Positions 25,850 through 37,229 of a stretch of 64,000 bases of DNA are shown here, one piece after another (the first letter of the stretch is position 1; each line of letters starts with the position of its first letter). The notes beneath the pieces were generated by a model. That model searched no databases and was not told the origin of the DNA. It worked only from the letters and a program-made list of their open reading frames with translations. A program made the translations under genes and the position numbers. The stretch comes from Octopus sinensis (Eukaryota), in assembly GCF_006345805.1 (NCBI RefSeq), contig NC_043007.1, forward strand, positions 53,196,001-53,260,000. The letters run 5' to 3'.

Positions 25850-26930
25850 TATTCATTTTTAATTTTTATACTGAGAAATATATATCTCAATTTTCTATTT
25901 AAGTTCTGAAATTTAATATCGTATGCTATATTGTATACACATTTAATTTTTGATTCGACAATTTTATATTGCCATTTCCTATTCCTTTAAAATTTTCTTT
26001 TTTCAGATTTCTATATCTGAATTGTATGTTTATTAATTTTTGGATTGAAAATTCTATATCTCAATTTTATATTACTTTTAATACTTGAATTGACATTTTT
26101 ATATATCCATTTTGTATTCATTTTTAATTTTTGAATTTAAAATATTATATCTCCAATTTAGTTTTAAATTTTTAATTGACAATTGTATATCTCTATTTTT
26201 GAATTGACAGCTATATATTATTTTGAATTCCCTTTTTATTTTTGTTTTCACAATTTTATATCTTCAATTTGTATTCATTTTATCTAACAATTTATTTTAT
26301 TTTATTTTTGAATTTTTGAATTTACAATTTTATATTTCCATTTTCTATTCATTTTCAATGTCTGAATTGAAAACATTATATCTATATTATCTACGAAATT
26401 AATTTTTGAATTGACAATTGTATATCTTGATTTTGTATTCATTTATAACTTTTGAATTTGTATTAATTTTAATTTTTTAATTCACACTTATAAAACTCCA
26501 TTTTCTATTCATTTTTCTATTTTTGAATTGACAGTTGTATATCTCCATTTTGTATTCATTTCTAATGTTTTAATCGTTAATTTTATATTTCAATTTTCTA
26601 TCCCTGTTTGATTACAGAATTGAAAACTTTTTATCGAACTGGCAATTAAGCATTTTAAATTTGTGAATTGAAAGTTGTGTATATGCATTTTTTATTCATT
26701 TTTAATTTCTGAATTGAAAATATCTGCATTATCTATGAATTTAATTTTTAAATTTACAGTTGTATATCTACATTTTGTACTTATTTTTATCTTTTTAAGT
26801 GAAAACTTATATCTGCATTTTGTATTCATTTTTATTTTTTGAACTGAAACTTGTATATCTCCATTTTCTATACATTTCGAATTTTTTAATTTAAAATTGT
26901 ATATCTCTATTTTCAGTTCTCAAAGTTACC
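25850..26930. repeat. AT-rich degenerate minisatellite, unit ~45-55 bp
   Basis: Recurring ttttgtattcatttt..ttttgaattgacaattgtatatctcc. Related pieces at 24620-24700 and 27840-27870. Confidence 0.85.
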
Positions 26931-27962
26931 TCCTAAGCTCAGTTCTATGAGTGCAAAACTGGTCCCAAAGTAATAAGGTTAGTTTCTTAGCACTAAGACG
27001 CCTGGATCAGACTTTATCAACCCACAATTTCATTCCCCTCTCATCTATCCTTTCTTTAGGCAATGTCATTCTTTTAAAAATTAAAAAAGGTAGCAGTCTT
27101 TTGCCATCAGTGCAGTTGTTTTGTGGCAACATGTTTAACAGTCACAGTATTAGCACCCTTGGCTTCTACCATCTTATTTGTTGGTACATCAAATTTCAAA
27201 GAGATTTCATCCATATTCACCATCCATGAAAGTCCAAAATTAATCTTTTCTTGCATGCATGTGAAGCTTAAGTATTTGTCAGGGAATATTTTTTTCTTAT
27301 TCTTGTCCTAGCCCTCATACAGAAGTTATTTCTTCTCATAAATATGGAACACCATGATGTTGACCCTTAAAAATCATTGATATCTCTGACCATTTCACAA
27401 GGGGATAAACACAGAGGGGACAAACAAGGACAGACAAACGGATTAAGTCGATTACATCAACCGCTGTGCGTAACTGGTACTTTATTGACCCCGAAAGGAT
27501 GAAGGGCAAAGTCGACCTCGGCGGAATTTGAACTCAGAACGTAACGGCAGACGAAATACGACTACGCATTTCGCCCGCCAGCTCGCCACCCTTGAATGGC
27601 ACCTGTCACTTCTTAATACCCATGTCTTATATGTTTAAATGGATTCTTGGCTTCACCAGCCTCTAATGTTCACCTCATTTCAATTCTCAAAATATAATTT
27701 TGCATATTGAGGGTGATATTATAATCTATCACTTTTCATCTTCTCTTTATCTACATGGTGTTTGCTTTCCTACTACTAAATCCTGGTTTATTCCACTTCT
27801 TGACCTATATTTTATAATTCATAATCCTTGGTCTTCTATAATTTTAATTTAAAATTGTATATCTCTTTTTAGTTCTCAAAGTTACCTCCTAATCTCAGTT
27901 CTATAAGTGCAAAACTGGTCCCAAAGTAATAAGGCTAGTTTCTTAGCACAAAGACGCCTGGA
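26910..27962 (+). repeat. Locally duplicated module: 26910-27005 = 27860-27962 and 26993-27068 = 24730-24805
   Basis: Near-identical ...ttagcactaagacgcctggatcagactttatcaacccac... segments. Confidence 0.85.
27400..27592 (-). mobile_element. tRNA-derived SINE with a Meta-like central domain
   Basis: Reverse complement ctgagttcaaattccgccgaggtcgactttgcccttcatcctttcggggtcaataaa-gtaccagt. Confidence 0.8.
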
Positions 27963-28037
27963 ATTTTTATCCTTTATTCTATATTTGTTATCTATAGTTG
28001 CACTGATGGCACAAGACTGCTTTGTGGTAAGTAGCTA

Positions 28038-28176
28038 GGCGTAGGAGTGACTGTGTGGTAAGTAGTTTGCTAACCAATCACATGGTTCCAGGTTCAGTCC
28101 CACTGCATGGTACCTTGGGCAAGTGTCTTCTACTATAGCCTCGATTTTGTAGGCGGAAACTGAAAGAAGCCCATTG

Positions 28177-28248
<72 letters not shown>

Positions 28249-28262
28249 CATACATATATATA

Positions 28263-28293
<31 letters not shown>

Positions 28294-28490
28294 GTTTGTG
28301 TATGTGCTTCCAACATTGCTTAATAACCAATGCTGGTGTTTTTACGTCCCAGTAACTTAGCGGTTTGGTAATAGAGATCGATAGAATAAGTACTAGGCTT
28401 TCAAATAAGTCCTGGCGTCGATTTTCTCGACTAAAGGCAGTGTTCCAGCATGGCTGCTATCAAAATGACTGAAACGAATAAAAGAATATA
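28038..28490 (+). mobile_element. Octopus-type tRNA-derived SINE with an internal (TA)n/(TATG)n
   Basis: A/B-box head ggagtgactgtgtggtaag...ggttcagtcccactg, cttgggcaagtgtc core, 3' tail gactgaaacgaataaaagaata. Confidence 0.85.
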
Positions 28491-28606
28491 TATCCTTTAT
28501 TAATTTTTATTGTTTTTTAATTATGAAACAGGTTTTATTATTCATTCAATCCTTATCCGAACTTAATCTACAACTTTTACAATGCCCTCTTTGATGGGTA
28601 TACATA

Positions 28607-28770
<164 letters not shown>

Positions 28771-28789
28771 TGCACATATATCTACATAC

Positions 28790-29290
28790 ACAACCTAAGA
28801 AACACAGATGTTTATAATTTTATCCATCAGGAAATCCCACTACTAAGATAAAACCCAAGAAGGAAACAATCATTTGAAATGCTCAAAACAATCATAAGTA
28901 AAAGATGATCAAAGTCTCTTTAAAAAATTCCTCCCAAGTTCTAAATTCCCATACCAACAGTCAAAAAGTGCAGCCACCCCAAATACGGGACTTATTTAAG
29001 ACACAATGTAAAAACTCAAATCAGGACAGATTTCTTCCATAAAAAATTATTTCACATGTTCCTCAAGGAATTTAATATACGCTATCAAATGAAGATTACA
29101 TAGGTCAAACAAAGATTACTCTAAGAAATAGACTGACTATTCACCAACAACAAATATGTGACCCCAGTACCAGACAGATTCCAATGAGTGGACACATAGA
29201 TATGCATGTGCAAAGAATGTCTGAAATTCCAGGTCTTCCCACTCTACCTATGTTCATACAAAAGTACAAACCAAGACTTAACAAACTTTA
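28790..29290 (+). mobile_element. Penelope-like element GIY-YIG endonuclease remnant (Neptune-like)
   Basis: NLIYAIK...DYIGQTKITLRNRLTIHQQQI..P.TRQIPMS.HI...KFQVFPLY...KYKPRLN across frameshifts. Confidence 0.7.
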
Positions 29291-29329
29291 ACAGAGTATA
29301 TACACAAATAACCATTCACACAGTAAACT

Positions 29330-29625
29330 CATTCTGCCACATCGGGAAGATTGATGAAGGAGAATTGGATGAAGTAAGCTATTTTAGATAAGTACATACA
29401 GGTACTTAAGGAAAAGGTTACAACGAAGTAATAAATTGGCATCAAATACGAAAGTAGGAACAAATTTATACAAATTAACTGTTTTAAACAAGACCCTTTT
29501 GTTCACAAGAAACAACTCGAATCTTAGAGAAGAAATTAACATCATTTTAACAAAAATGCCGACTATTATAAGGCACTCAGCAAAGCTGGGTACAGCTAGA
29601 AGTGGGTTTTTCAATTACAAGAACT
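29330..29625 (+). mobile_element. Second PLE RT remnant (Naiad/Chlamys-like)
   Basis: AILDKYIQVL and EEINIILTKMPTIIRHS resemble the PLE pre-RT/RT motifs at 19.5 kb and 21.3 kb. Confidence 0.5.
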
Positions 29626-29680
29626 AAATGTCAGAGGGGAACGGGATAAATTTGTAGTGACGCTACTGTGTAAGTTTCAG

Positions 29681-29746
29681 CGCACATGCGCAGAATTGGA
29701 TTGCTTTCGGTAGGCCGCCGGAAGTTTCCGCATGCACATGCGCAGG
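29681..29746 (+). promoter_or_regulatory. NRF1-like x2 plus ETS-like motif cluster
   Basis: GCACATGCGCAG at 29682 and 29734 flanking CCGGAAGT at 29718. Confidence 0.3.
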
Positions 29747-32207
29747 AACTGCAACCTGAAAGCGTACCCCATAAATTGGTCTTTTTGGAAGAGCAGCCCT
29801 AACGAGCAGACGTGACAAAAGCTTCTCTCAGGGAAAACCCTGGACATAGAGAAGCTCTCTTCGAAGCAGGAATGGAGACCGTATCCTTCTTGGCTCACCC
29901 GAGTGAACATTTGTAAACAGTCCTGTGGACTTGGCTGCCGGTTCCCCCTTAAGAAATATATGAACCCGAAGAATAAAGTGTTATTGAAGACAGCCAGATT
30001 TTTGGTTCCTTTTCTTCGACTATTGTATGTGACAAGATAAGACCAGACACCTGTCAAGTGTTCCTGAAACTCTCATCTTGTTACATTATTACCTGCCTCA
30101 ACTTACTATAAAAGCAGGTTGTAATTTTTCCTTGTACTTATTCTTATTTTCTTGTTGATAGTTTTCTCTGTGTTTTTTGGTTGGTGAATTGCTGCGGTGA
30201 GTTGTTATTGTTATTTGTTTAAAAAGAACTTTTATTGCATTTTTGGAAGCGGATTGTTTAAATTACACCCCTCCCCCCCCCATCCTGCAGGGGAATTATT
30301 GTTGAACTGTGTGGCTTGAAGCCAATTCAGTAAGGCGTAAGCCCAAAGTTTTGTGTTCGGCGTTTTGCCGCAAATTGCATTTTGTTATAAAAAAAACATG
30401 GACTCACCATTAATTTCAAGCAACTCACCTGATTATGGATATGCCTGTTTTTGTAACAGGTGAAAAGGAGGTATCACTGGCGGTGAGACGGAAAAAAGGA
30501 AACTCAGTTAAACACTGAGATAAATAATCTACAGAGATTTATGTCAATGCTCAAAAAGGAGGAGACCGAGATAAAAGTAGCCCATCAGGAAGAAAGAACA
30601 GACCAAGTCAACAGGATTCTGTACAAATCATATAACATAAGCAAAAAAAGAATCTTCAAAACTGAGGAAAAAATAGTAGAGAAATGCCTCAGACCTATTT
30701 GGTCTGAGATCACATACATCAACCTAGGTAAAAGATTCGGAACTGTTGAAGCCAGAGGAAGTAGCCAGGCAGTACTCCTTGGAGACCCTAAGAACGGAGG
30801 AAGTGGTTCTTCTCCCCGTATATATGAGAAGAAGAACATCAAAAGTAAAAATTAATAACATTCCACCGGAAGTCGATGCTACCTGTTTAGGGGCAGCTAT
30901 CGTCATGGGCCCGGAAGAAAAAATAACGATTCTCCAGGCCTCAGAAGAAAAAGAAGATAACTGGAAGAGATAATGCCTGACAATGTTAATACAAGCAGAA
31001 GTCCCAACCCTTGAGGAAATAGCAGAAATTATAAATGTCAGCAAAGAAAAATTAAAAGTTTTTGTAGAAGGAAGAAAACCAAGGTGCAAACCAAAACAAA
31101 ATCAAGTAGAAGAAATAGAAGAATTAGCAACTGAAACACCAACACCGAAAGAAAATACAACACTGATACCAACAGAAGAGAGCGACAGAAAGGAGGGGTG
31201 GTCGACTATGTTCAAAAAAAAAAAGAAAAAAAAACTCAGACCGCCCCTACCAAATTGAACAAGAAAATGAGAATACATATATGGCCATCAAAGCATCAAA
31301 TAACAGATTAATCAATCGGTTGGCAGCTATTTCATGTGCCAAACGTGTTGAAAAAACAACTTCTAACGACTTTCTCAATTACAGGATAGGTCGGAAGGAT
31401 TACGGACGGATTAAGTCCGAATTCTTCCACGACATAGGCCCTGTCAGGATGGATTTTTCTCCCTACATTTATGACAGCCTACATCCAAATTCCCTATGAA
31501 CCCAAGAAAAGGAGAGATAAAAAAGAACACTAGAACGAAGAAACCTCGAACCACTGATATAGAGATAAGTACTGTTGAACATTCATGCTGGTTGTTTAAA
31601 TGTATGTGGCCTGGTGTCGTGTAATTTGGATGTTATTGTTGCTACAGAAACTCGGTTAAGGGGGCCAAGAGATCTGCTCCAACCGTTGGATGGCTACGAG
31701 ACTATTCCTCTCCAGGCTGTCCTTCTAGTGGAAGCGGGGTGTTGGTACTGTTAAAAAAAACCGGGTTTCTGAGAAAAAGTCAATTTTTTCCGATCCAGAA
31801 GGTAGGCTGGTCGTCATGGATTTGACGTTCAGCCGTGGTAAATTTATCAGACTGGTTGCAATTTATGCACCCACGACAACTGGGCAAAGTGAATATTTTC
31901 AGAATCTGGAGAAGTTTCTTGGTACATCACATCCTTTAGTTGTGCTAGGAGACTATCTACTAGGCACGTGTAGATTATGTTGGTTTGTGTACAGATAGAA
32001 GAAGTAAATCCTTGCTTCCTGGAACTGCTAAGCCGCTTTGAGCTTTGACGCTCCATTGTGGACAGGGTCAAATAGCGATGGATCTTCCACGTCATACCTA
32101 GATAGAGTGTTAATTAGAGAAGCAGATAGAAATATAGCTAGGTGCCCACAGTTTCACTCAGTCAGCTACAGTGATCATAAAATGGTCACCTGTAAGCTTG
32201 ATATAGA

Positions 32208-32414
32208 TGTTACACATTCATATCTATGTGTTTACGTATGCCAACTACATCTCCACTCTTGGCACTATTTTGTTAGTGAACAGTACAACTGTGTGTAAAG
32301 TATATAATGTATCACTACGCTGAATGTAGAGTCCGTGTAACATGAGAAGTCAATAAACACGTTAAAACAATAACAATGGTTTTCATCCCATTAGAACCCA
32401 AACTACACATAACA
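32208..32414 (+). repeat. 5' LTR
   Basis: tgttacacatt...cacataaca. AATAAA at ~32353. Confidence 0.95.
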
Positions 32415-32427
32415 TGGTGGCAGCGGT
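32415..32427 (+). promoter_or_regulatory. Primer-binding site, likely tRNA-Leu
   Basis: Reverse complement ACCGCTGCCACCA matches the 3' end of metazoan tRNA-Leu(AAG/TAG). Confidence 0.75.
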
Positions 32428-32539
32428 AAAAAAATTAAACGGAAACTGTGCCTTTACAACAAATCAGAAACGCAACGAACCAGGAAATTAACAAACAAAA
32501 CATCGCTTCGTCTTCGGACAACATACACGACTATCCAAG

Positions 32540-33515
32540 ATGGCGACCCCCGTCACCGTACAGATGAATCTACATCCGATTATGGATTGGGACTCCGACG
32601 ATATTTTGGAAGCATTTAAAAAGTTTAAACAGAAAAGCCAACTAGCTTTCAAAAGTTTCCTGAAAGGCACAACTGATGATGAGAAGGTAAGCTATATCCT
32701 TTTATGGTCAGGTACTAAAGGAATAGACCTATTCAATAGCTGGGATATGTCAGAATCGGACTGCAATAACCCAGACACACTTCTTGAGAAATTTGAAAGG
32801 CACCTAGAGCCCAGGTCGAACCATAGAATTCACAGATGCGAATTCCAGGGCCTGGAACAATACCCACAAGAAACAATTGACAATTTCCTGTCAAGACTGA
32901 AAAATGTTGCAGAGAAATGCAAATTCAAAGACAGGGAGGAGAGAATTGTAGACCAATTAATATGGGGGTGTGCCCACAAAGAAGTACAAAAATCACTAAT
33001 AGTTGGTAGAAGCAGTAGACACTGCAAGAGCATTCGAAGCCACTACCAAACAGATAGCCTCACTTAGCTTACAAACAAGCTCACTAGGTAGCAGTGTAGA
33101 TATTGTATCTAGGCACAGGACACATACCCACAAACAAAGAACATGCCAGTACTGTGGTACAGAGCATGAATTTAATAACCGGAAAAAATGTCCTGCATTC
33201 GGTACACACTGCAAAACATGTGGAAAACTTAACCACTGGGAAAAAATGTGTAGGGTAACAAAATCCCAGAGATACAAGCCCCAATTTTCAAAGAGGAGCA
33301 GAAATAAAAGAAGAGATATACATGCACAACAACAGGAACAAAACACCTCAGAGGATGAATTCTTGGCAGTCGGCACAATAAATGTTCATGAGATGGGAAA
33401 GAACGACCGGAAGAAAGAAGATGAGGCATACACGACAATAAGAATACAGAAGTCTGGCAGGAAACGAACAAACATAGACTTAAGGCTAAAGATTGACACT
33501 GGGAGCCCAGAGTAA
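32540..33515 (+). pseudogene. gag: Gag (frameshifted) and start of the protease
   Basis: ETIDNFLSRLKNVAEKCKF, CQYCGTEH, CPAFGTHCKTCGKLNHWEKMC, LKIDTG. Confidence 0.85.
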
Positions 33516-34734
33516 TATCATGCCTGTCAACCTCTACAAAAAGATGTTCCCAGAACACATAGCAAAAGAGGATAAAGTCAAACAAGGAATCCTCACACCA
33601 GGTGATGTGGTCCTTACTGCGTACAGAGGTACCAGGATTCCACAACTGGGGAAAACAACGATTAGGGGGACACACAAAGGGAAAACAATCGAGTGTACAT
33701 TTTATGTCACAAGAACAGAAGGCCCAGCAATTCTTGGACTCGATACCTGCAGGAGGTTAAATATTGTGTCGGTCAATGCTGAAGTGAAAGCAGCTCCAAG
33801 CAGGATTGACAGTGATATGCCTATCAAAGACCGACCACCAATCACAAACAAACAGGAGATTGAAGGACTAAGCAGAAAGGTCCACCACATTGTAAATGTG
33901 ACAACCACAAAGCTAGTGGAAATCAAAGAGGAGACCAGCAAAGATGAAGAACTTCAGCTCCTTACTCAGATGGTGATTCAGGGGTGGCCAGGAAAGAGAC
34001 ATCAGGTGCAGCTCCTAATTCGTGAATATTGGGCCATCCATGATGATATATCGGTGGAGAATGGAATCCTAATGGCTGGATCCCGAATCATTATACCCAA
34101 GTCAATGCAAAGGGAGATTCTTGACAAGATCCACCAAGGGCATCTAAGAATGGAAAAATGCAAGCTCCGAGCCAAGTCAGCAGTATATTGGGTAGGCATG
34201 TAGAAAGACATAGAAAAGACAGTTTCTACATGCCGCATCTGCCAAAAGTACAGAAACTCACAACAAAAGGAGGAAATGATACATAGTGACATCCCAAGAA
34301 GGCCATGGCAAACTATTGGAGTAGATCTATTCACAGAGGGCCAAGAATGGTATTTAATAATGGCCTGCTACTACTCCAAATTTCCATTTGTGAGAAAAGT
34401 GAAAGACCTGATAGCCAAAACAATCACTACAGTGGCTCGAGGACTCCTAGCAGAGCAAAGAATACCAGAGCAGATCATATGTGACAATGGAACCCTGTTC
34501 ACATCACAAGAATTCAAAAAGCTAGCCGATGAGTATGGGTTCAATATTACTTCATCTCCACACTACCCCAAAGGTCATGGGTTTATAGAAAGACAGGTGC
34601 AGGCAGTGAAGAGAACACTAGTCAAATGCCGAGAGACAAAGGAAGACCCAAACATGGCACTTCTTTCCCTACGAGCGACACAACTGAGAGCTGATATGAA
34701 ATCCCCAGCAGAATTGCTGAATGGCAGGAAGTAG
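33493..34734 (+). pseudogene. pol: Protease fused directly to integrase (HHCC + DDE); stop at ~34201
   Basis: AQSNIMP, AILGLDTC, then EGLSR, IHQGHL, CRICQ, PWQTIGVDLF, ICDNG, GFIERQV. Confidence 0.88.
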
Positions 34735-35356
34735 AAAACTACCCTGCCAACTAAGATCCAACCTCCTATTGACCAGCAGCCACTCAAGAACAATCTCAGA
34801 GGTATTACAACAAACATGCACAATATTTACCTGAGATACTTGAACTAAAACATGGATCCCAGCAAAGGTTGTCAGTAGAACTGAAACTCCAAGATCGTAT
34901 ATAATAGAAACGGAATCTGGTAGGCAGCTGAGACGCAATAGGGCCCACATCCGCCCAACACCAGAGCTGTCGAGGAAAACGTGTACAACACCTGCTGCAT
35001 TGGTGACAACACCCACAGAATCATCACCCCAATGTGCCCCAACCACCTATCAGCAGCCCAACAACACACCTCAGACACCCGTGCGAAGCACAAGATCCAC
35101 CAGATGGAGAAATAACATTCTGCCACCGGTTCGAAAAAAAGTGAAAGACCTGTTAAAGAAAAAGTTAAAGAAAAAAAAAGAAAAGAAAATGAAAAGAGAA
35201 GTATCTAATTCAGCTAGACTACAAAGCAGAGGCAGAATAATCTCACGACTTCTGCTGTAGGATTGCCACCTCAGGCTGACAATCCATATAGCAAGGGAGA
35301 CTACTTATAGTTGACTTCACTGCCATGACCCCTTTAATTTTTTTTTCAAGAAGGGA

Positions 35357-35573
35357 TGTTACACATTCATATCTATGTGTTTACGTATGCCAAACTACAT
35401 CTCCACTCTTGGCACTATTTTGTTAGTGAACAGTACAACTGTGTGTAAAGTACATAATGTATCACTACGCTGAATGTAGAGTCCGTGTAACATGAGAAGT
35501 CAATAAACACGTTAAAACAATAATGGTTTTCATTTGGTTGTCTATCCCATTAGAACCCAAACTACACATAACA
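35357..35573 (+). repeat. 3' LTR
   Basis: Near-identical to the 5' LTR, with a few substitutions and small indels. Confidence 0.95.
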
Positions 35574-37229
35574 ATAGATAAGCTACATAATAGAGGCTCT
35601 GGCTACTGGAAACATATGTCCCTTTTGGCGATCAGGGAGTATAGAGACTGGATTAAGTTGTTGATTCAGGGGCATTAACCGGTTCCATTATTTATAAGAA
35701 ATGGTGGTATGCCCTCAAGCGAGCATATCTCCATCTTATACAGTACACTTTAGAGGGGTTTAATAGTGATTCTGGCAAGGATGGCGTACTGGTCCATTTA
35801 GACCAATCTAAGGCATTTGATAGGGTTGCCATCGCTACCTGGAGTCCGTTCTGGTGCAGTTCGGTCTGGGTCTTGGCTTCCTCAGGTGGATAATTCAGAT
35901 TTATGACAATATTGACTCGGTAGTTCAGGTGAACGGCTTCTTATCGAGGCCGTTCAACATCAAACGCTCAATTTGTCAAGGGTATCCGCTCTCCCCGCTT
36001 TTGTATGCAATTGACCTTGAGCCATTACTGCGAAAATTGAGCAGCATCCCGAGACAACCAGGTTGTGGAAAGTCAGTTTCAGCTTACGCGGATGACATCA
36101 TCATCGAAACTGAAATGGATCACCTACAGAGGGAAGGAAAGGCCATTAAGGTTTACGAGATGATGGCAGGAGCAAAAGTTAATCGAGAAAAGTCAGTCGG
36201 CTTGCAGCTCGGCACCTGAAGAGCGTCGTGGGACATTGGACAGAGGGTCCAATTAAGTTGCTAGGAGTTTAGTTTGGACCAGACCTACAAATAGAGAACT
36301 GGGCCGATGTATCGAGCAGGGTGACCCACATAATCAAGACCTAGTCTTGGCGGTGGCTATCCTTGAAACGGAATGCGGAGGTAGCCAATGTGCTTACCGC
36401 ATCGGTTATCACCTACCGCCTAGCCGTCGTTCCTTGCCATGATTCATGGTTGATCAAGCTGGAAAGACAGCTTTTCCACTCATTGTAGAAGGGCTTGAAA
36501 GCACTTGTGAGCTAGGGATGACTTCGCTATTGATGAGCAGACATGCGCTGAGGTTGAGACATCTGTGGCCCTACCTGGATGGTGAATGGGTGTGGTCTCC
36601 ACTGGCGAAGCGGATGTTTCTAGTTGGTTCTATCACTAGTTGGTTCTATCGAAGTTGGGTAAATGCTATTCCGTTGCTCGGGCAATGCCACCGGTGGAGG
36701 TTCCTCCGCATAAGAGGGCTTGTTGAGGTGGAATGTGACGTAACCTTAGGGGAAGCCCTAGATCTCAACGATAATCAGTTGGCCAGTCTGTTCTGATGTA
36801 CATTCGGGTCGAAAACCCTGCACAACTTTCAGAAGTCTCTGGCATGACAGAGGAGCCTTACCTGTTCGGGACAAGCTCACCAGGCATAGAGGCCACGGCC
36901 CTTCGACCATTCCAAGATGTGAGCAGGATAGAGAAACCGTCCCGCACGCTATTGTTCAGTGTTTGGAGGTGTCAGACATGTGTGTTTATGCTGAACAACT
37001 GTTGTCAAGTGCAGGAAGAGTACAGAGACTGAGTCAATAGTAAGAATTGACCTGCCTGATTTCCTTTCGAAAGCAGGTTAGAATTGTTTTCTCATTTGTT
37101 GTAGTAATTGCGAAAGAGGTGATTTGGAAGATGAGGCTCTTGAATTGGAAGATAGGGCTAGAGAAAAGAATGCCTGACTTTGAAAATGTTTGAAAATCAA
37201 TGGAAGAATGTAGCATCTATGTTGCGCGT

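Larger units (their letters stand above)
32208..35573 (+). mobile_element. Ty3/Gypsy (Mag-like) LTR retrotransposon, internally deleted (no RT/RNase H), with 5-bp TSD ATAGA
   Basis: TG...CA LTRs at 32208-32414 and 35357-35573. TSD at 32203-32207 and 35574-35578. PBS TGGTGGCAGCGGT. PPT ending AAGAAGGGA. Gag with two zinc knuckles, PR and INT. Confidence 0.95.

Noticed and set aside
28038-28110. tRNA gene (also 24880-24900 and 62240-62312)
   Set aside because: A/B boxes are present, but they continue into SINE bodies and give no complete cloverleaf.
31281-31499. Separate conserved small ORF3 (MAIKA..; also 38495-38698) between ORF1 and ORF2
   Set aside because: In copy A the frame is open upstream (DRPYQIEQENENTYMAIK), so it is more simply the frameshifted ORF1 C-terminus.
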